NCBI GenBank assembly: GCA_031835245.2
Contig: JAVKOQ020000003.1
Location: 186,001-250,000 of the forward strand
Direction: 5' to 3'
From: Balamuthia mandrillaris
Taxonomy: Eukaryota
DNA length: 64,000 nucleotides
Part shown: piece by piece, positions 34,292 through 47,211 of the stretch
Layout of the letters: each line of letters begins with the position of its first letter
Position numbering within the stretch: position 1 is the first letter of the stretch
Position numbers and translations under genes: made by a program
The notes under the pieces: generated by a model
The model's database searches: none
What the model saw: the letters and a program-made list of their open reading frames with translations, nothing else
Told to the model about the DNA's origin: nothing

Positions 34292-36580
34292 GAGAGATCA
34301 CATGAGACGAATGAAGACGTAAAGAAGAGGAGAGAAGAATCAAACCTCTCCGAAAGAGGGCCTTAATACTGTTGGGTTGAGACTGCAATAGCTCTGTACA
34401 ATCATGGATGACCCGGTCCCACTGCTCCAACTTCAACAGACACGCTGTCTTGTTGAGCATGCATAAAAACTTGCACTTATCCTTTTTCCTTTGAACGCGG
34501 GAGGAAGAGGCCTCAAAGGAGGAGAGATGACTGATAGCCCTCTCGTATTCTTCAAGACTGGCTTCGTATTCTCCCTGATTGAAGTAGGTATTTCCGTTCG
34601 TTCGCATCTCGTTTGCCATCGCTATCAGCTCCATGTCTGCTTCCTCTAGTTCTGCATCCTCACCACCAGTTTCTGTCATGGTCGTAGAAGCATCCTCTGA
34701 TCCTCCTTCCCCTTCCTCTCCTCCAGAGTCACGCCTTTCTCGGCGGTTTCGCAACAGACCCAACAAATTCCATAGGTTTAGTATAGAACCTATTCCAAAC
34801 TGAATGTTTTAGACATGATATAGCAAGGTTAGAAGTCATTGAACCGGGTAAAAAGGGGTAACATGTTCAGCCGCCAGTTACACAAAAACGTACCTCGGGA
34901 GGAGGATCTTGATTTTCTTTCAAAATAAAGGCAGCATGGGAAGAACGGAAGGTGGGACCTGCACCTGGATGCCATACCTTGGCATCAGAATCAATTCCAC
35001 ATGTAGCAAGGAACGGGAAGAATGGATGTGGTGCCACTCCATTTACCACGTTCTCATCCGCCTCCAGCAGCTGCACAAGCTTACCATCGCTGGTACGCCA
35101 AATGAAGGCATGGCCGCAATCGCTGCCAGTGGTAACGTACTCGCTGTCTGCCAGGAAGGCTATTTCTTTAAGAAAAGTGCGAGCGTTGCGATGACCCTTA
35201 AAGTGCTGCACAACGGTATCGGTGCGCAATGCAGAGGGGATAGAGGAGCTGCCTCCTACTTCTGCAGCAGACGTCTTCCTTTCCGAACGGAAAGTGTCAC
35301 TTACATCAAAGAGATAGGCGTCTTCATGGCTGTAGGTGGCAACGATCTGATGTTTGGAGTCCATGTCCACGCCTGTTACGGAGATAGGAGACCATTCGTT
35401 GTTGTTCTGGTAGCTCTCCCAAACAGAAGCAGGACAATGCCGCCCAATGCAGCGATAAGCACTGGTGTTGTTGCTGTTGGAAGCAGTACCGCGGATAGCA
35501 GGCACGCGAAGATCGTAGAGGCGAACTATAGGATTCGCGCATCCCAATGCAAACAAAGAGGAACCCATAGGGCACATCGCTATCGAGTTGACGGAGAGCT
35601 TGCCTTCCTCGCCGACGTTGCGCAAGTCCACAACCACATTGCCTTCGCTTGCAGCGTCCGCCGTGTTTCTCATACGCAGGTCGAAGAGGCGAACGGTGCC
35701 GTCCTGGTTGGCTGAAAGGAAAACGTGAGCAGAGTCTGGCAAGAATGCCAACTTGAGGACCATGTGCGTGTCTGAAAAGAGGAGTTGGCTGGCATCCTCT
35801 CCGTGGCTTCTTTCCAGATAGGTAGCCCTTATCTCTCCGTCCATGCCGCAGGATATCGCTCTCGTGTCGTTGCTGTGAGGCACGAACTTGGCGCAGAAAA
35901 TGTTGCGGCTGTGGCCAGTTGATACGTCCACTTGTAGCTTATAGTTGGGTGCGCCTCCCCATACACCCTTTTTCGTTCAATAGTTGTTTCAAACATGAAC
36001 ATGAACAAGAGGACCAGAGCAAAGAAGAAAGCAGAACAAGAGAAGAAGAACAACAGCAAGAACAAGCGCATACCAAATGACAGTCATCAGAGCCGGTGAT
36101 GAGACGGGTGCCTTCCTCGTTCCAATGAATGGTATTAACGCAGCCACGATGATGCTCCAACCTCTTATGCAAGTAAAGGCGCGACACAAATGAAACGTTG
36201 GTCTGGCAATGTCGCTTGAACGTGTTACCTTTCAGCGCTGCCTTTCGCTTTCCTGTTTGATGTGCGTTAGGGCATGCTAGCCAGAAGAACACCAAATGAA
36301 TATTTTAAAACAAGAAACACTTACTTGTAGTTGTGGTGGTGGGGGCTTCCTCTTGTGAGGCCTGTTGGCCCTCTTCCATTTCTGAGGAGGAGGAGTGGAC
36401 GGGCTTGGCTTCTTCATCCGCTGATCCCTCCACGTCGGAAGATGCTCTCCCGTTCTCCGTTTGCTTTTTGGGCTCCTCGGGAGCGAATGGAAGGGAGGTG
36501 TACGGGGTAAACTTGCGGCTGGCACGGAAGACAGGCCCATCCGCTTGCCTTTGCTTCAGCAGCCACGGCAGGCTGGCCAT
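34034..36580 (-). CDS. DCAF8/WDTC1-like WD40 protein with C-terminal TPR domain
   Basis: HRGCVNTIHWN...TGSDD, GHSRNIFCAKF, LFDLR/LYDLR, FKGHRNARTFLKE, TGSDCGH..IW, VVN...PHP, TCGID. TPR motif GNTYF...LNKTACLLKL...KALFRR. Confidence 0.9.
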
Positions 36581-36896
36581 TCTCATCGAGGGAGGAAGCG
36601 GTGTGCGTGCCAGCTGCTGGTGGCAGGGTTTTTGCTGTGTCTGCTGCTACTTGGCGGGGCGGCAGATCGATCCATTACTTTGTACGAAAGTTGATTGGTG
36701 AATACGAGAAATTTCGTCAATCGTATGACGTCATATCCTGAGGGGTCGTGCGGTATGGGCATTCACCAAAAAAAAAAAAGCAGTCAAAGAAGAAATAGCC
36801 TTTGTTTTTTGTGTAGCCAAAGCGTAGCAGCACAGCATCCTTGCCACCACCCCCCTCTCTGTGGGACGCTTCTCTCGTACTTGAAAAACAAAAACA

Positions 36897-38467
36897 ATGG
36901 CTGACAAAATGAAGCTCGAAGAGGGAGGCGAAGGCGGTTCTTCCTCTGAGGCCGGTTCCTCGTCCTCCCCTGCCACCGTGTCGCACAAGGACTTTGACCT
37001 GGAGGGCTACCTTGCCAACTACTCTGGGCACACCAAGATCGCCCGCGCGCTCTTCATTGCGGAGCATGCCAAGGACCTGGAGTCGGAGGCCCTGCGTCTG
37101 GCCGTGTCCGAAGTGAAGAACACCACCAACACCACCCTGTACAAAGAAATCATGGAGAAGGCTGGCTCCAAGCTGCCCGCCCCGTACTCCACGTTGGACC
37201 GCGAATGGGTCGACTCTGTGGACAAGAGGGCACAGCAGCAGCTCGAACGCTTGGAGCTTGAGCTCAACGGCTACAAAACAAACCTCATCAAGGAGAGCAT
37301 TAGGGTATTTATTTGTTTTCGAATATTTCCTGGGTTGAAACGCTCCTGTCGTTCTCCTATCTAATCGCAATTTTCCTTCTTTTCGATGTGGTTATGCATG
37401 CATCAATAGATGGGCCACAACGACTTGGGTGACTTCCACTATGATCGCGGCGACCTCAACGCCGCTCTCAAGTGTTACGTTCGCACACGAGACTACTGCA
37501 CCACTTCCAAACACATAACTTCCATGTGCCTCAACGTCATCAAAGTGAGCATCGAGATGGGCAACTTTGCGCACGTGATCAACTACGTTAACAAAGCGGA
37601 GCAAACGCCTGACTTGCAGGATCCCATTGTCATCGCCAAACTCAAGAGCTGTGCAGGTCTGGCCCACCTCGAGAACCGCAAGTACAAGGTTGCTGCTCGC
37701 AAGTTCTTGGAAACCAACTTTGAACTTGGCAACAACTTCTCTGATGTTAGTATTACTTTGCTGTTCTCTTCGCTCCATTCTTTTGCTCAACCCATTTACG
37801 ATAAACAAACAGGTAATCTCACCACAAGATGTGGCCATTTATGGAGGTCTCTGTGCATTGGCCATGTTTGATCGGAGGGAACTCAAAACAAAGGTCATCG
37901 ACAACCCTACCTTCAAAAACTTTTTGGAGCTCGTGCCTCAAGTTCGAGAGCTCATCAACGACTTTTACAACTGCCGCTACGCATCCTGTCTTAACTACTT
38001 GCAAGAGTTGAAGGGGGATCTCTTGTTGGACCTCCATTTGCACGACCATGTGGAAGCTCTCTACCAAAAGATTCGCAACAAGGCCCTCGTGCAGTATTTC
38101 AGCCCCTTCATCTCGGTGGATCTCAACACTATGGCCCAAGCCTTCAACACCGATGTTGGTGGCCTCGAGAAGGAGCTCTCTGGCTTGATCATGGAAGGCT
38201 CCATTCAGGCTCGAATTGACAGTCAAAACAAGGTTTGGCGCTGACGCTCTCTTTGCTCATACTTTTCAACTTTACAATTTGCTCACCGCTCTTCTCTTTT
38301 AGATTCTATACGCGCGTACGGCCAACCAACGTTGTGTTACCTTTGAGAAGGCCCTTAAGATGGGAGAGGAATACCAACGCAACACAAAGGCCATGCTGCT
38401 TAGGGTTGATCTTATGAAACATGATTTCGTGGTTCGCCCCAGAGAAGAAATGATCAGAGAGAAGTAG
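36897..38467 (+). CDS. GPS1: COP9 signalosome subunit 1
   Basis: [52 protein letters not shown] end [10 protein letters not shown]. Confidence 0.96.
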
Positions 38468-38560
38468 ATGTAAGCCATTGTCTTGTCAGCACCCCTTCCC
38501 TCCTTTTTTTTTTTTCCCTGTTTCCTAGTATTAAAAACACAACAAAGACAGAGCTGCGAA

Positions 38561-41055
38561 TTATTCGGAGGTTGTAGAACGTTGCAGCTGTTGATAAAAG
38601 TATTCGAAAAGTTGGCTGTACATCTTTTGTGGGCTTCCTCTTAGTACTTGATCACAAAGAGTGAAGAAGGAGAAGAAGAAGAAGAAGAAGAAGAAGAAGA
38701 AGAAGAAGAAGAAGAAGAAGAAGAAGAACAAGAAGAACAAGAAGAACAAGAACAAGAAGAACAAGAACAAGAAGAAGAAGAAGGAGCAGGTACCTGAGCA
38801 AGAATGTCTTGGGCTTGGTTTGCGGAATAACCAGTGGTGGTCACGTAATCACCTTTGCTGGGGTTCAAGTTCGGAGTCCTGCATTGAATGACACAGCGCA
38901 CCTCCTCTTCCGAATACAAAGAACATGGCGTTGGCCCTCCCTCCAACAGAACAGGATAGACGTGGCCTAGTTTAGCAGTCTCGCCCTTATGTTGGTTGTG
39001 AAGACATGGCCCACAGCGTGCAGCCAAGGCTTGGCTTACCCTGCTGCCTTTGCTCGAAAACCGCCAGTTCACCTCGTTCGCCACAAAACTATTGGTTCAG
39101 CATAGGTATGAGAGCATTTCTCCTTTCTTTTCTTGTCTTTTCTGTTCTTTTTGTGCTTGCAAAGAAGGGATAAAGATAGAAAGGAAGCGTACCAGCAAGG
39201 AGTGGAGTGTTGAGTCTTCAACTGAGTTATGTCGGCGTGTTGAACAAGAAAGCGTGGAAGTTTCTCTGAACGCGATGTAATGCTCTTCAATTGTGACGAG
39301 AAGAAGCAGAACGGATCAACCTCTGCTTCCTTGCCGTCATCAAAGTAAAGTTGTTGCAGGCGAGGATGTATGCATAGAATCAAGGTGAAGTCCTCGCCGG
39401 TGTGAGCATCCAGAAACTTTGTCACGGAATGCAACAGCAGGTCGCAAGCCTTTCCAGAGTCGAACCGCAAAAATGGCGCAGTGCAGAAAGGAGGAAAGGC
39501 AAGACAGCGCGCACCTTCCAGTTTGGCAAAGTTGATAGATAAGAGGGGAGGAAGTGGTTGTGCTGAGTTAGTTGATAGTTTTTGTTGTTGATGAGTGGTA
39601 GCTCTTGGCTCGTCCGTTGCTCGTTTCACCTGTTGTGGAGGCATTTCTGCTTCGGAACTTGGTCCTCCTGTTGATTTTATTAGAGGTGGAGGGCGATGAT
39701 GCTGGTGGGAAAGGGGTTTGGAAGGATCTGCTGATACTGATATGGTGGTGTTTATATGAGGAAGGAACTTGGAGGGTTGTTTGTGTTGATCCTTCTTCTC
39801 TTCCTCCTCTTCTTCCGCAGGAGCTTCCAACTTGACAACTTTCTTCTTGGCATCAACAGGGCTAGTAAAAGATTAGTCGGGAAAAACAAAGCAGAGAGAG
39901 AGAGAGAGAGAGAGAGAGCACAAACACAATACGCAGCATTTTCTTTTTGCCGCTTGCTGTAATCGATGTAGACTCTTGTGCTGGCGTTGGACGTTTGGTT
40001 TCGCTGCTGTCTTTGGTGGATTTGGTGTTGGTTTGTGGTTCTGCACCAGCTGTGGCCGTGGTTTTGGCAGTCGTTTTGTTGGTTGAGGAGGTAGTTTTGG
40101 ATGGAATGGGAGGAACAGGATCGGTTATAGCAACGTCTTTCGTGGTAGTCTTGTGGCTTTGTTCTTTGCCTTTGTATGCAATGTTGAGCTCTTTTGCTTT
40201 GGTAGGATCCTTTGTAGTAGTTGTGGAGGAAGAAGAAGCGTTGCCAACAGAAGGCTGTGTTTGCTCTTCCAGGTGAGGATGGCTGAACTGCAGGAAATGG
40301 TCAGGATTGCGCCGAAAGCATTTTTCTCCATACTTGCAAACAGGGAGCCCCTTCTGCCTATTAAGGGCGGCTGACTGCTGTTCTTCTTCTTCTCTATCCT
40401 CGTGGCGAGGCTTCTTAATCCACATGCCTGCGCTAGCAGCACTACTACTGCTGCTGCTAGCTTCAGCAACAGAGGATGGTTCCTCGGCAGGAGCTGCCTT
40501 TCTTTTTTTGGTTGTTGTTGTAGCTTTCGCTTGGTGGTGGTTGTCAGCTGCTCCATATTCGATGTGTAGAGTGTACGTGAACTCGTTGTTAGGGCTCGGG
40601 ATCAGTGCAAACGAGTCTCCGCTTTGCAGGAAGTAAGTCTGTCCGGTGGTCATCTCCATCGGTTCTTGTTGCAGCTTCTCATTGGCGTCCCTCTGCAGGT
40701 AGCTTGGGTTCCTTCCTTCCTGTTGCAAAGCACCCATCAGGCATTCGCGTTTGTCGAGAGGCACAGAAAGAGAAAACGAGAGACCAGGAGAGCGCGAGCA
40801 AGAGAATAGCGTAACGAGAGCGAGAACAGAGCGGCGGGCGGAGACGAAACGTACCTTGACGAAGGACACGCCCGTGTGGGCAACGGTCAAGAGGGCCTGG
40901 TTTCGACTGCAGCGCTTGTCGGTGATGCCCAGGAGGGAGCCTCTCCCCAAAGGAGTAGCGCCGAACGGCAGGATAATCATGTTGCCATCTCTGGTCAGCA
41001 GCATCGCTTGCTTCACAGGGCGACCTTCACCACCATCGCGCCCTTCTCTCTCCAT
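38561..41055 (-). CDS. FHA (APLF/PNKP-type) + PBZ zinc finger + macrodomain protein
   Basis: FHA: LGRGSLLGITDKRCSRNQ...GRNPS. PBZ: CKYGEKCFRRNPDHFLQFSH. Macro-like: LAFPPFCT...DITQL...ANEVNWR...TPNLNP. Confidence 0.85.
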
Positions 41056-41124
41056 TTCTTTGCTTTCTTGCTTGGCTTTTCTTCGAGGAAAAATTTGAAG
41101 AAAAAAGCTTAACACAGCCGCAAG

Positions 41125-42199
41125 ATGGAGGAACCTTTGCCGGAGGAAGGGGAGGAGGAGGAGGAAGAAGAGGTTGGACACCTTCTGATTGTACGTTTTC
41201 TCTAGCTCTCTCTCTCTCTCTCTCTCCAGTTTGTGCTTGGTTTGTGGTTTTGTGTGGTGACACCAGGTTAAATAATAACAGGATGAGGAAGAGCAGGAAC
41301 CGCCGCCCCCTACTTCTTCTTTAAAGAGCGGTGCTGGGGGCAATGCCTCCCGCCGAAAGAGAAAGACACCTCTTTCCAGAACAATGCCTGATGGCCTTGT
41401 TGAAGACAGCAGCAGCCGCTCCCCCAAAAAACTTAGGTACCACCAACTAAACCCTCCCGGCCGATGTTTGCTGGCCACTAACACTCGTGCCTGTGATTTG
41501 TTTCGTTTGTTTTCAAAATAGACTGGAGGACGGCACGTTGAGGGTGAAGGGGCGGTGCATGGCCCCCACGGAAGCCCTTGCCCAGCCCTCCTTGTACTCG
41601 TTGGCACGGCTGTGGCTTGATAACATGACCGCTTCTATCGCCACCCAAGACCAAGAGGTCTTCCTCCTTTCCCCTCTTCCCTCACCACCCTCCTCCTTCT
41701 TCTTCTTCTTCTTCTTCTTCTTGTTCTTCTTCTTCTTCTTCTTCTTCTTGTTCTTCTTCTTCTTCTTCTTCTTCTTCTTCTTCTTCTTCTTCTTCTTCTT
41801 CTTCTTCTTCTTCTTCTTCTTTCTTCTTCTTCTTCTTCTTCTTCTTCTTCTTCTTCTTCTTCTTCTTCTTCTTCTTCTTCTTCTTCTTCTTCTTCTTCTT
41901 CTTCTTCTTCTTCTTCTCCTTCTGCTGCTGCTCCTCCTCTTCTCTTGCTGCACTTTGTTGGCTTGACTGACGGTTGTTTCTTTTGTCCTTTTCTTGCAAA
42001 AGGGGAGCAGCAACAGCGACTCAGCGAAAGCTATGCGACGGATAAAGCTGCCTAGGCCTGCTCCACATACCAAATACTCACTGGCGCGTGGCCCTCCCCC
42101 ACGTCCTCCTCACACCTCTCAGGATTTTGATGTACACTTATACTACTACTACCTTATGTCGCTAGCCCTGTTCTCATCATCCTCTCGCTTCTATCCTCT

Positions 42200-42238
<39 letters not shown>

Positions 42239-42546
42239 CTCACTGGGTCCATTACAGAGATTGATCAACCCATCCAACGGGCCTTCCATAGAAGCTCTTC
42301 AAAAGGGTCACAGGGACTATGCTCACGTATTGCGAACATGGTTTGTACTTATTCCTCCCTTGCTTCCCCGCTATGTCCTTCCTTGTTCCTTAGACACTAA
42401 GTGGTATTGTTTTTTTTGGTAGGTTTAACAATCAACACTTGCACCGGTTGAATCGGTACAAAGCACGGCTGGCCAAGCTGCTCCCTCAGCCTTTAGAAGG
42501 CGTCCAACATCACCAAGGTCGAGACGGCAGAGACTCTCCCACCTAA
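41125..42546 (+). CDS. LIN37: LIN37-like (MuvB/DREAM complex subunit)
   Basis: Spliced product has SLYSLARLWL, IKLPRP and C-terminal RLNRYKARLAKLLP, matching LIN37 conserved regions as I recall them. Confidence 0.7.
41697..41917. repeat. (CTT)n intronic microsatellite
   Basis: Long tandem TTC array with one phase slip near 41820. Confidence 0.95.
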
Positions 42547-43084
42547 CTCCATTTGGATGAGCTATCTACCAAGCTTTTCTTGATAGATACGTACTGTTGA
42601 TAATAAAATAGAAATCAACTTACAAAGGCAGTGCTCGAGTCCTCCTCCTCCTCCTCCTCTCTCTCTCTCTCTCTCTGTCTCTGTAAAGCATGGTAGAGGC
42701 AATGCCAAACTGTTCATCCCATTTCGTGCACAGCCGTTGCTGCTGGCATGAATATGTGTCTCCTGACAAAATGCTGCCCACTAAAGAATGCTAGGCGACC
42801 TAAGAAAGCCCTTTGCCGAGCAGAGTGCAGCACACACACCCCAACCTCGCTTATACATACGTACAGGATTTATTCATTTCAAGGAACAATGGCGTGAGGT
42901 GCCGGTCACCTCACCTCACCATCATCTTGCCCTGCTGCATAAAACTGGCAGGGGGGTATGGCGTGCTGGATGGCACACCACCACTTCATAAAGTGATAGA
43001 GGCAGATGACAATGGGAGGGTGGTTGTACCCTACGCGCCCGCCATGCCTCCTCATACCCTCCCTTCCAGCCCCATGCGCATGGT

Positions 43085-43580
43085 TCATTGAGGGGAGGGT
43101 GCTTGAGGGGAGTGTGCTTGGGAAAGGGCGTGTAGTCTCTCTACCATCTCCTGTTCATGTTCAGGGCTGTACGCTCTGCGCAGTGTTCTGTACTTGTGGA
43201 GCTTGTGGAGCGCTTCCAACTCTTTTATCACATATTCGCCCTGCAGAGCGACCGTCACTCCAAGCCAACACACACACAGACACACAAAAAAACACTACCC
43301 ACCTTTTCAATGGCTTTCTGGATCTTTTGAGGGTCTGTCTCATCTTTCATGGCAAAGAATGCCCTCTTGGTGCCCTCCCGTATGACGTGCTGGCCGGCTG
43401 GATAGTCCTTCCCTGCCCACAAGATCTATCAACAACAATACCACCACAACAAAACAGAAAGGCAGAACAGGTTAGCATCAAGTACTCCCCTCCCTTCCAT
43501 CCCTTAAGCCCACAAACGTTTTTGTAAAGCCGTTTAACAGCCGCTCTGGAGACATCTCTGGTGGCGGTAGCGGAGGCCAT
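43085..43580 (-). CDS. LYRM5: LYR-motif protein 5 / ETF regulatory factor 1
   Basis: Three exons splice to VKRLYKN|ILWAGKDYPAG...KRAF...DPQKIQKAIEK|GEYVIKELEALHKLHKYRTLRRAY. Confidence 0.9.
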
Positions 43581-43871
43581 CCTATCCTGTGTCCCTCGAA
43601 CCGGTTAGGCCTTGCTTCTTTTTGTGTTCTTCCTCCATGGGTGGTTTCCTATTAGCCTATTAGACATATATGAAATCGCGCACAAATGGAGCACAGAAGG
43701 ACCACAAGAAAATAATAATAAAGCAATTATGGGTTAACCAACAATAATTAATAAAGGATTCCTCCAATCATCAAACAAACAAAAGGAAAAAAAAAAGGGA
43801 GGGGGAGGCGTGAAGGAGAGTAACGCAACAGCAAAAACCCGTCGGCTCAACCCTGGTTTGGTGCGGCTGTG

Positions 43872-45400
43872 ATGGCGTCCAAGTACGTTTGTCCTCAATT
43901 TTTTTTTCATTTCTTGTGAGAGGTTTTTTTTGTTTGGTGCGTAAAACCGGTTACAAAGGCTTACTCTTGCTACTACTATTGTAACCACTTGCTTTCAGTG
44001 GCGACCAACGAAAAAACGGCAAGGCTGGCAGAAGGACCACCGGAAGCCTTGAAATTCTGCACAGACAAAACGTTATTCTCACAAAGCTGAAGCCAAAGCT
44101 AGCTGAGCTGCAGGAACAGGTTCAGGTGTGCTCCAAGCTGTGCTCCGATGAAGCGCTGGTGACGGCCACGTTCCTGTCTTCTCTCACAGACATCAGCAGC
44201 CTTGTACATGACCTACAAAATGAGCGCAGAGAGGAGGCACGTTTTTACAAAGCTTTGATGGTTTGTCTTTCTTTTTTTAAAAAAGTTTTGAAACGTATAC
44301 GTGACTTTTTTTTCTGCCAGGTTAAACAAAAACAAGAGGAAGAAAGCACAAAAGGAGGAGGTAATGGAGGTCATCTAGTGCAGAACATAAAGGACTGCGG
44401 TCGGCTGAGCTTGTTGAATTCAGCTCTGTTGGGACGCATATTCTCATTCCTTCCATCGGAGAGGGATCGACGGGCCATCCTTCTTCTCAACCGCCACTTC
44501 TATAGCAGCTGGAAGAACACTTTATTGCATAATGCTCCTCCTCCAGGGGCTGCTACTGCTATCAACGCCACTGGCAGCAGTGCTGCTACAACAACGCAGC
44601 TTCAGCTACCGTCCTCAGCACAAAAATTGGCTGCGGCAGGAGGAAGCAACAATTCCTCCCCGCGAAGTGCAAGACTAAGCGTGCCTCCTTCCATGATCGA
44701 ATGGATGGAAGAGCAAGGTCTGCCCGCGGAATACGCTACCTTGTTGTGGGGAGCTGGGTTTAAAGGACTGGAGGCCTTGCGCCTCGCCACTGCTGAGGAG
44801 CTTGAGAGGGCTGGCATCAAGAAAACAGGTCATCGCCGTCGTTTACTTTACGCCCTGAAGGAAACCAAACCTACTGCTGCCTCTGCCAAAAAGACCTCAT
44901 CAAAAGAAGAAAACGGAGGTCGAAGCTTTCCGTTTTTGCAATCAAAGAGCGCCTCTCTGGCCCAGTTGCCCTCGACAGGCAGCAGATCCCCACCGCCCCG
45001 CAAACCGCTTACCAGGAAGGAGAAGAAGAAGCAAAAGAAGGAAGAGAAGAAGAAGGAGAAAAACGAAAAGAAGGGCAAAGGACCTGCCAATGTTCCTCAC
45101 GTATTTGTTGATTTTAGCCGCAAGCAGTTGACGGAGGTTCCACCAGAGGTATGGAGCCGTACGGATGCCACCATTCTTAACCTCTTTCAGAACAAGTTGG
45201 ATTCTCTTCCAGGTCCCGAATTAGGTACTGCTGTGAACTAAAATACTTTTTGTTCTTGGTAGTGAGCTAACAATGCTCATCTCTCCCCAGCCAAAATGAA
45301 GTACATCACAATGCTTGGCTTGAACGAGAACAACTTGAAGGAGTTGCCTGCCGAAATCGGCCATCTTCAAACATTGCAGATTCTAGATTTGAGGTCTCTT

Positions 45401-45448
<48 letters not shown>

Positions 45449-47211
45449 TTCTCTCTCGTTTCTTCCCAACAACTAACTTTGTAATATCACATGTTCTCAG
45501 ATCCAACAAACTTGTGTGCATCCCTCCGGAAATACAATATTTGACTAACTTACAACGCCTTTTCCTGAGGTTTAACAAGCTAACCGAGCTTCCTGAAGAA
45601 ATAGGATATTTAGCTTCGTTGGAGGTAAGTTTGTTTCAGCTACCTCTTCTTATCTTTTCTTCTTCACCTTCTCTTTTCTTCACTGCTTCATTTCCTTCGG
45701 AATTGTATTGCACTCCTCAAGAATAAAAATTTTCTAATGTATCTTTCTTCGTTGCAGATTCTTTCTGTAAGGAATAATCAGCTGACCTCTTTGCCAGCTT
45801 CTATTCAAGGCTTGACTTCTCTCAAGATATTGGACGTGTCAAGTAACAAGGTCAAGAAATTAGGCAACATAAGTCAGTTGGTGCATTTGAAGGAGTTGGA
45901 CTTGAAACAAAATTCCCTTTCAGCATTACCAAAAGGTCTAAACACTTTGACAGAGCTTTCTCGCCTCAATCTGTCGCACAATAAGGTATATCTGTCTTTC
46001 TTTAGCTTGTTCCTCTGCTGTTGTTTCTCAAAGAGCTACCTTCATCTCACATCCGCCCTGCTATTGCCAGTTCACAGAGTTTCCGAAATCAGTTGTGGAT
46101 GTGACATGTCTTGAAGAGTTAGATATAGAAGGAAACCAGATATCAACGTTGCCCGAGGAGATTGGCCAATTAACCTGTTTACAGAAGCTCTACCTTAACC
46201 GAAATCGGATAGCGTCCCTTCCCAGTTCTCTTGGGGAGCTTCATGCTCTGCGGGAACTTCAGCTGAAGGGAAATCAGCTGCAGGAACTTCCTGAAATGAA
46301 CGGATTGATGCAGCTTCGTGAGTTGGACATCAGCACTAACTTCTTCGCCCTATTTCCGATGTCGGTGTTGCAGGCCAGCAATTTGTTGACTTTGAATCTC
46401 AGCGATAACACGATCAAGGAACTACCAAAACAGCTTGCTGCCAAACTTCCACAATTGAAGCACCTTAACGCTGAAGGAAACCAGGTACTGATATTTTTGC
46501 TTGTGCATCGTTCTCTTTTCATTACTTTCTAATCTCTCATCGCCACTTCTATTCCTTTCAAGATTGAGCGCTTGCATCGTAAGATAGGAGATATGAAGAA
46601 CCTAAGGCAACTGCGTTTGGGCTATAATGAGTTGGAGAGTCTTCCGGAAGAGTTTGGCGGTATGGCAAGCCTCAAGGAACTGGATCTGGAACACAATGCT
46701 TTATGCTCTCTTCCCCATTCCATAGGAGCGTTATCCTCCCTCTCTCTGTTGGTCCTCAACGACAACGAGCTGGATGGTGCGTGTCTTGGTCCCATTTCTT
46801 CGTCTTCTACCACTGTCTCCTCCTCTGCTAAGTTCGGTTGCCTTGTCGTGTGCTCACCGCTTTTTCTTATTTTCTGAAGATCTCCCGAATGAGTTGGTGG
46901 AGTTAGATAACCTGGGCGAATTGAAGATAGACGGTAATCCCATGAAAGATATTCCAGGTACTTGATTCTTTTTGTTGCTGCAATTATATCAGTGCCCTAA
47001 TAATGACCCACTCATCAGATGCTCAACACGGTGGTAACGCTGTTTTCCACTTTTTGATGAAACGCGCGAGAAAAGGTTCGTTCTCCTTCGCCGCTCCCTT
47101 TTATCGGTCGTCCTCTTCAATAGCCTGCCGAACTTTTGCTCACCTTCGTCCTCCTTCCAATAAGCAGAAGCGGCTGCTGCCAACAACAAAAAAGGTGCAA
47201 GACGCAAGTGA
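43872..47211 (+). CDS. SAM + leucine-rich repeat protein (with F-box-like segment)
   Basis: LLGRIFSFL (F-box-like); SAM motif EWMEEQGL..EYA...ELERAGIKKTGHRRRLL; many LxxLxLxxNxLxxLP repeats across exons. 3' end approximate. Confidence 0.85.

Noticed and set aside
34909..35715. Long antisense ORFs (also 12527-13297 and 22929-23606)
   Set aside because: They shadow well-supported genes on the opposite strand and show no domain motifs.
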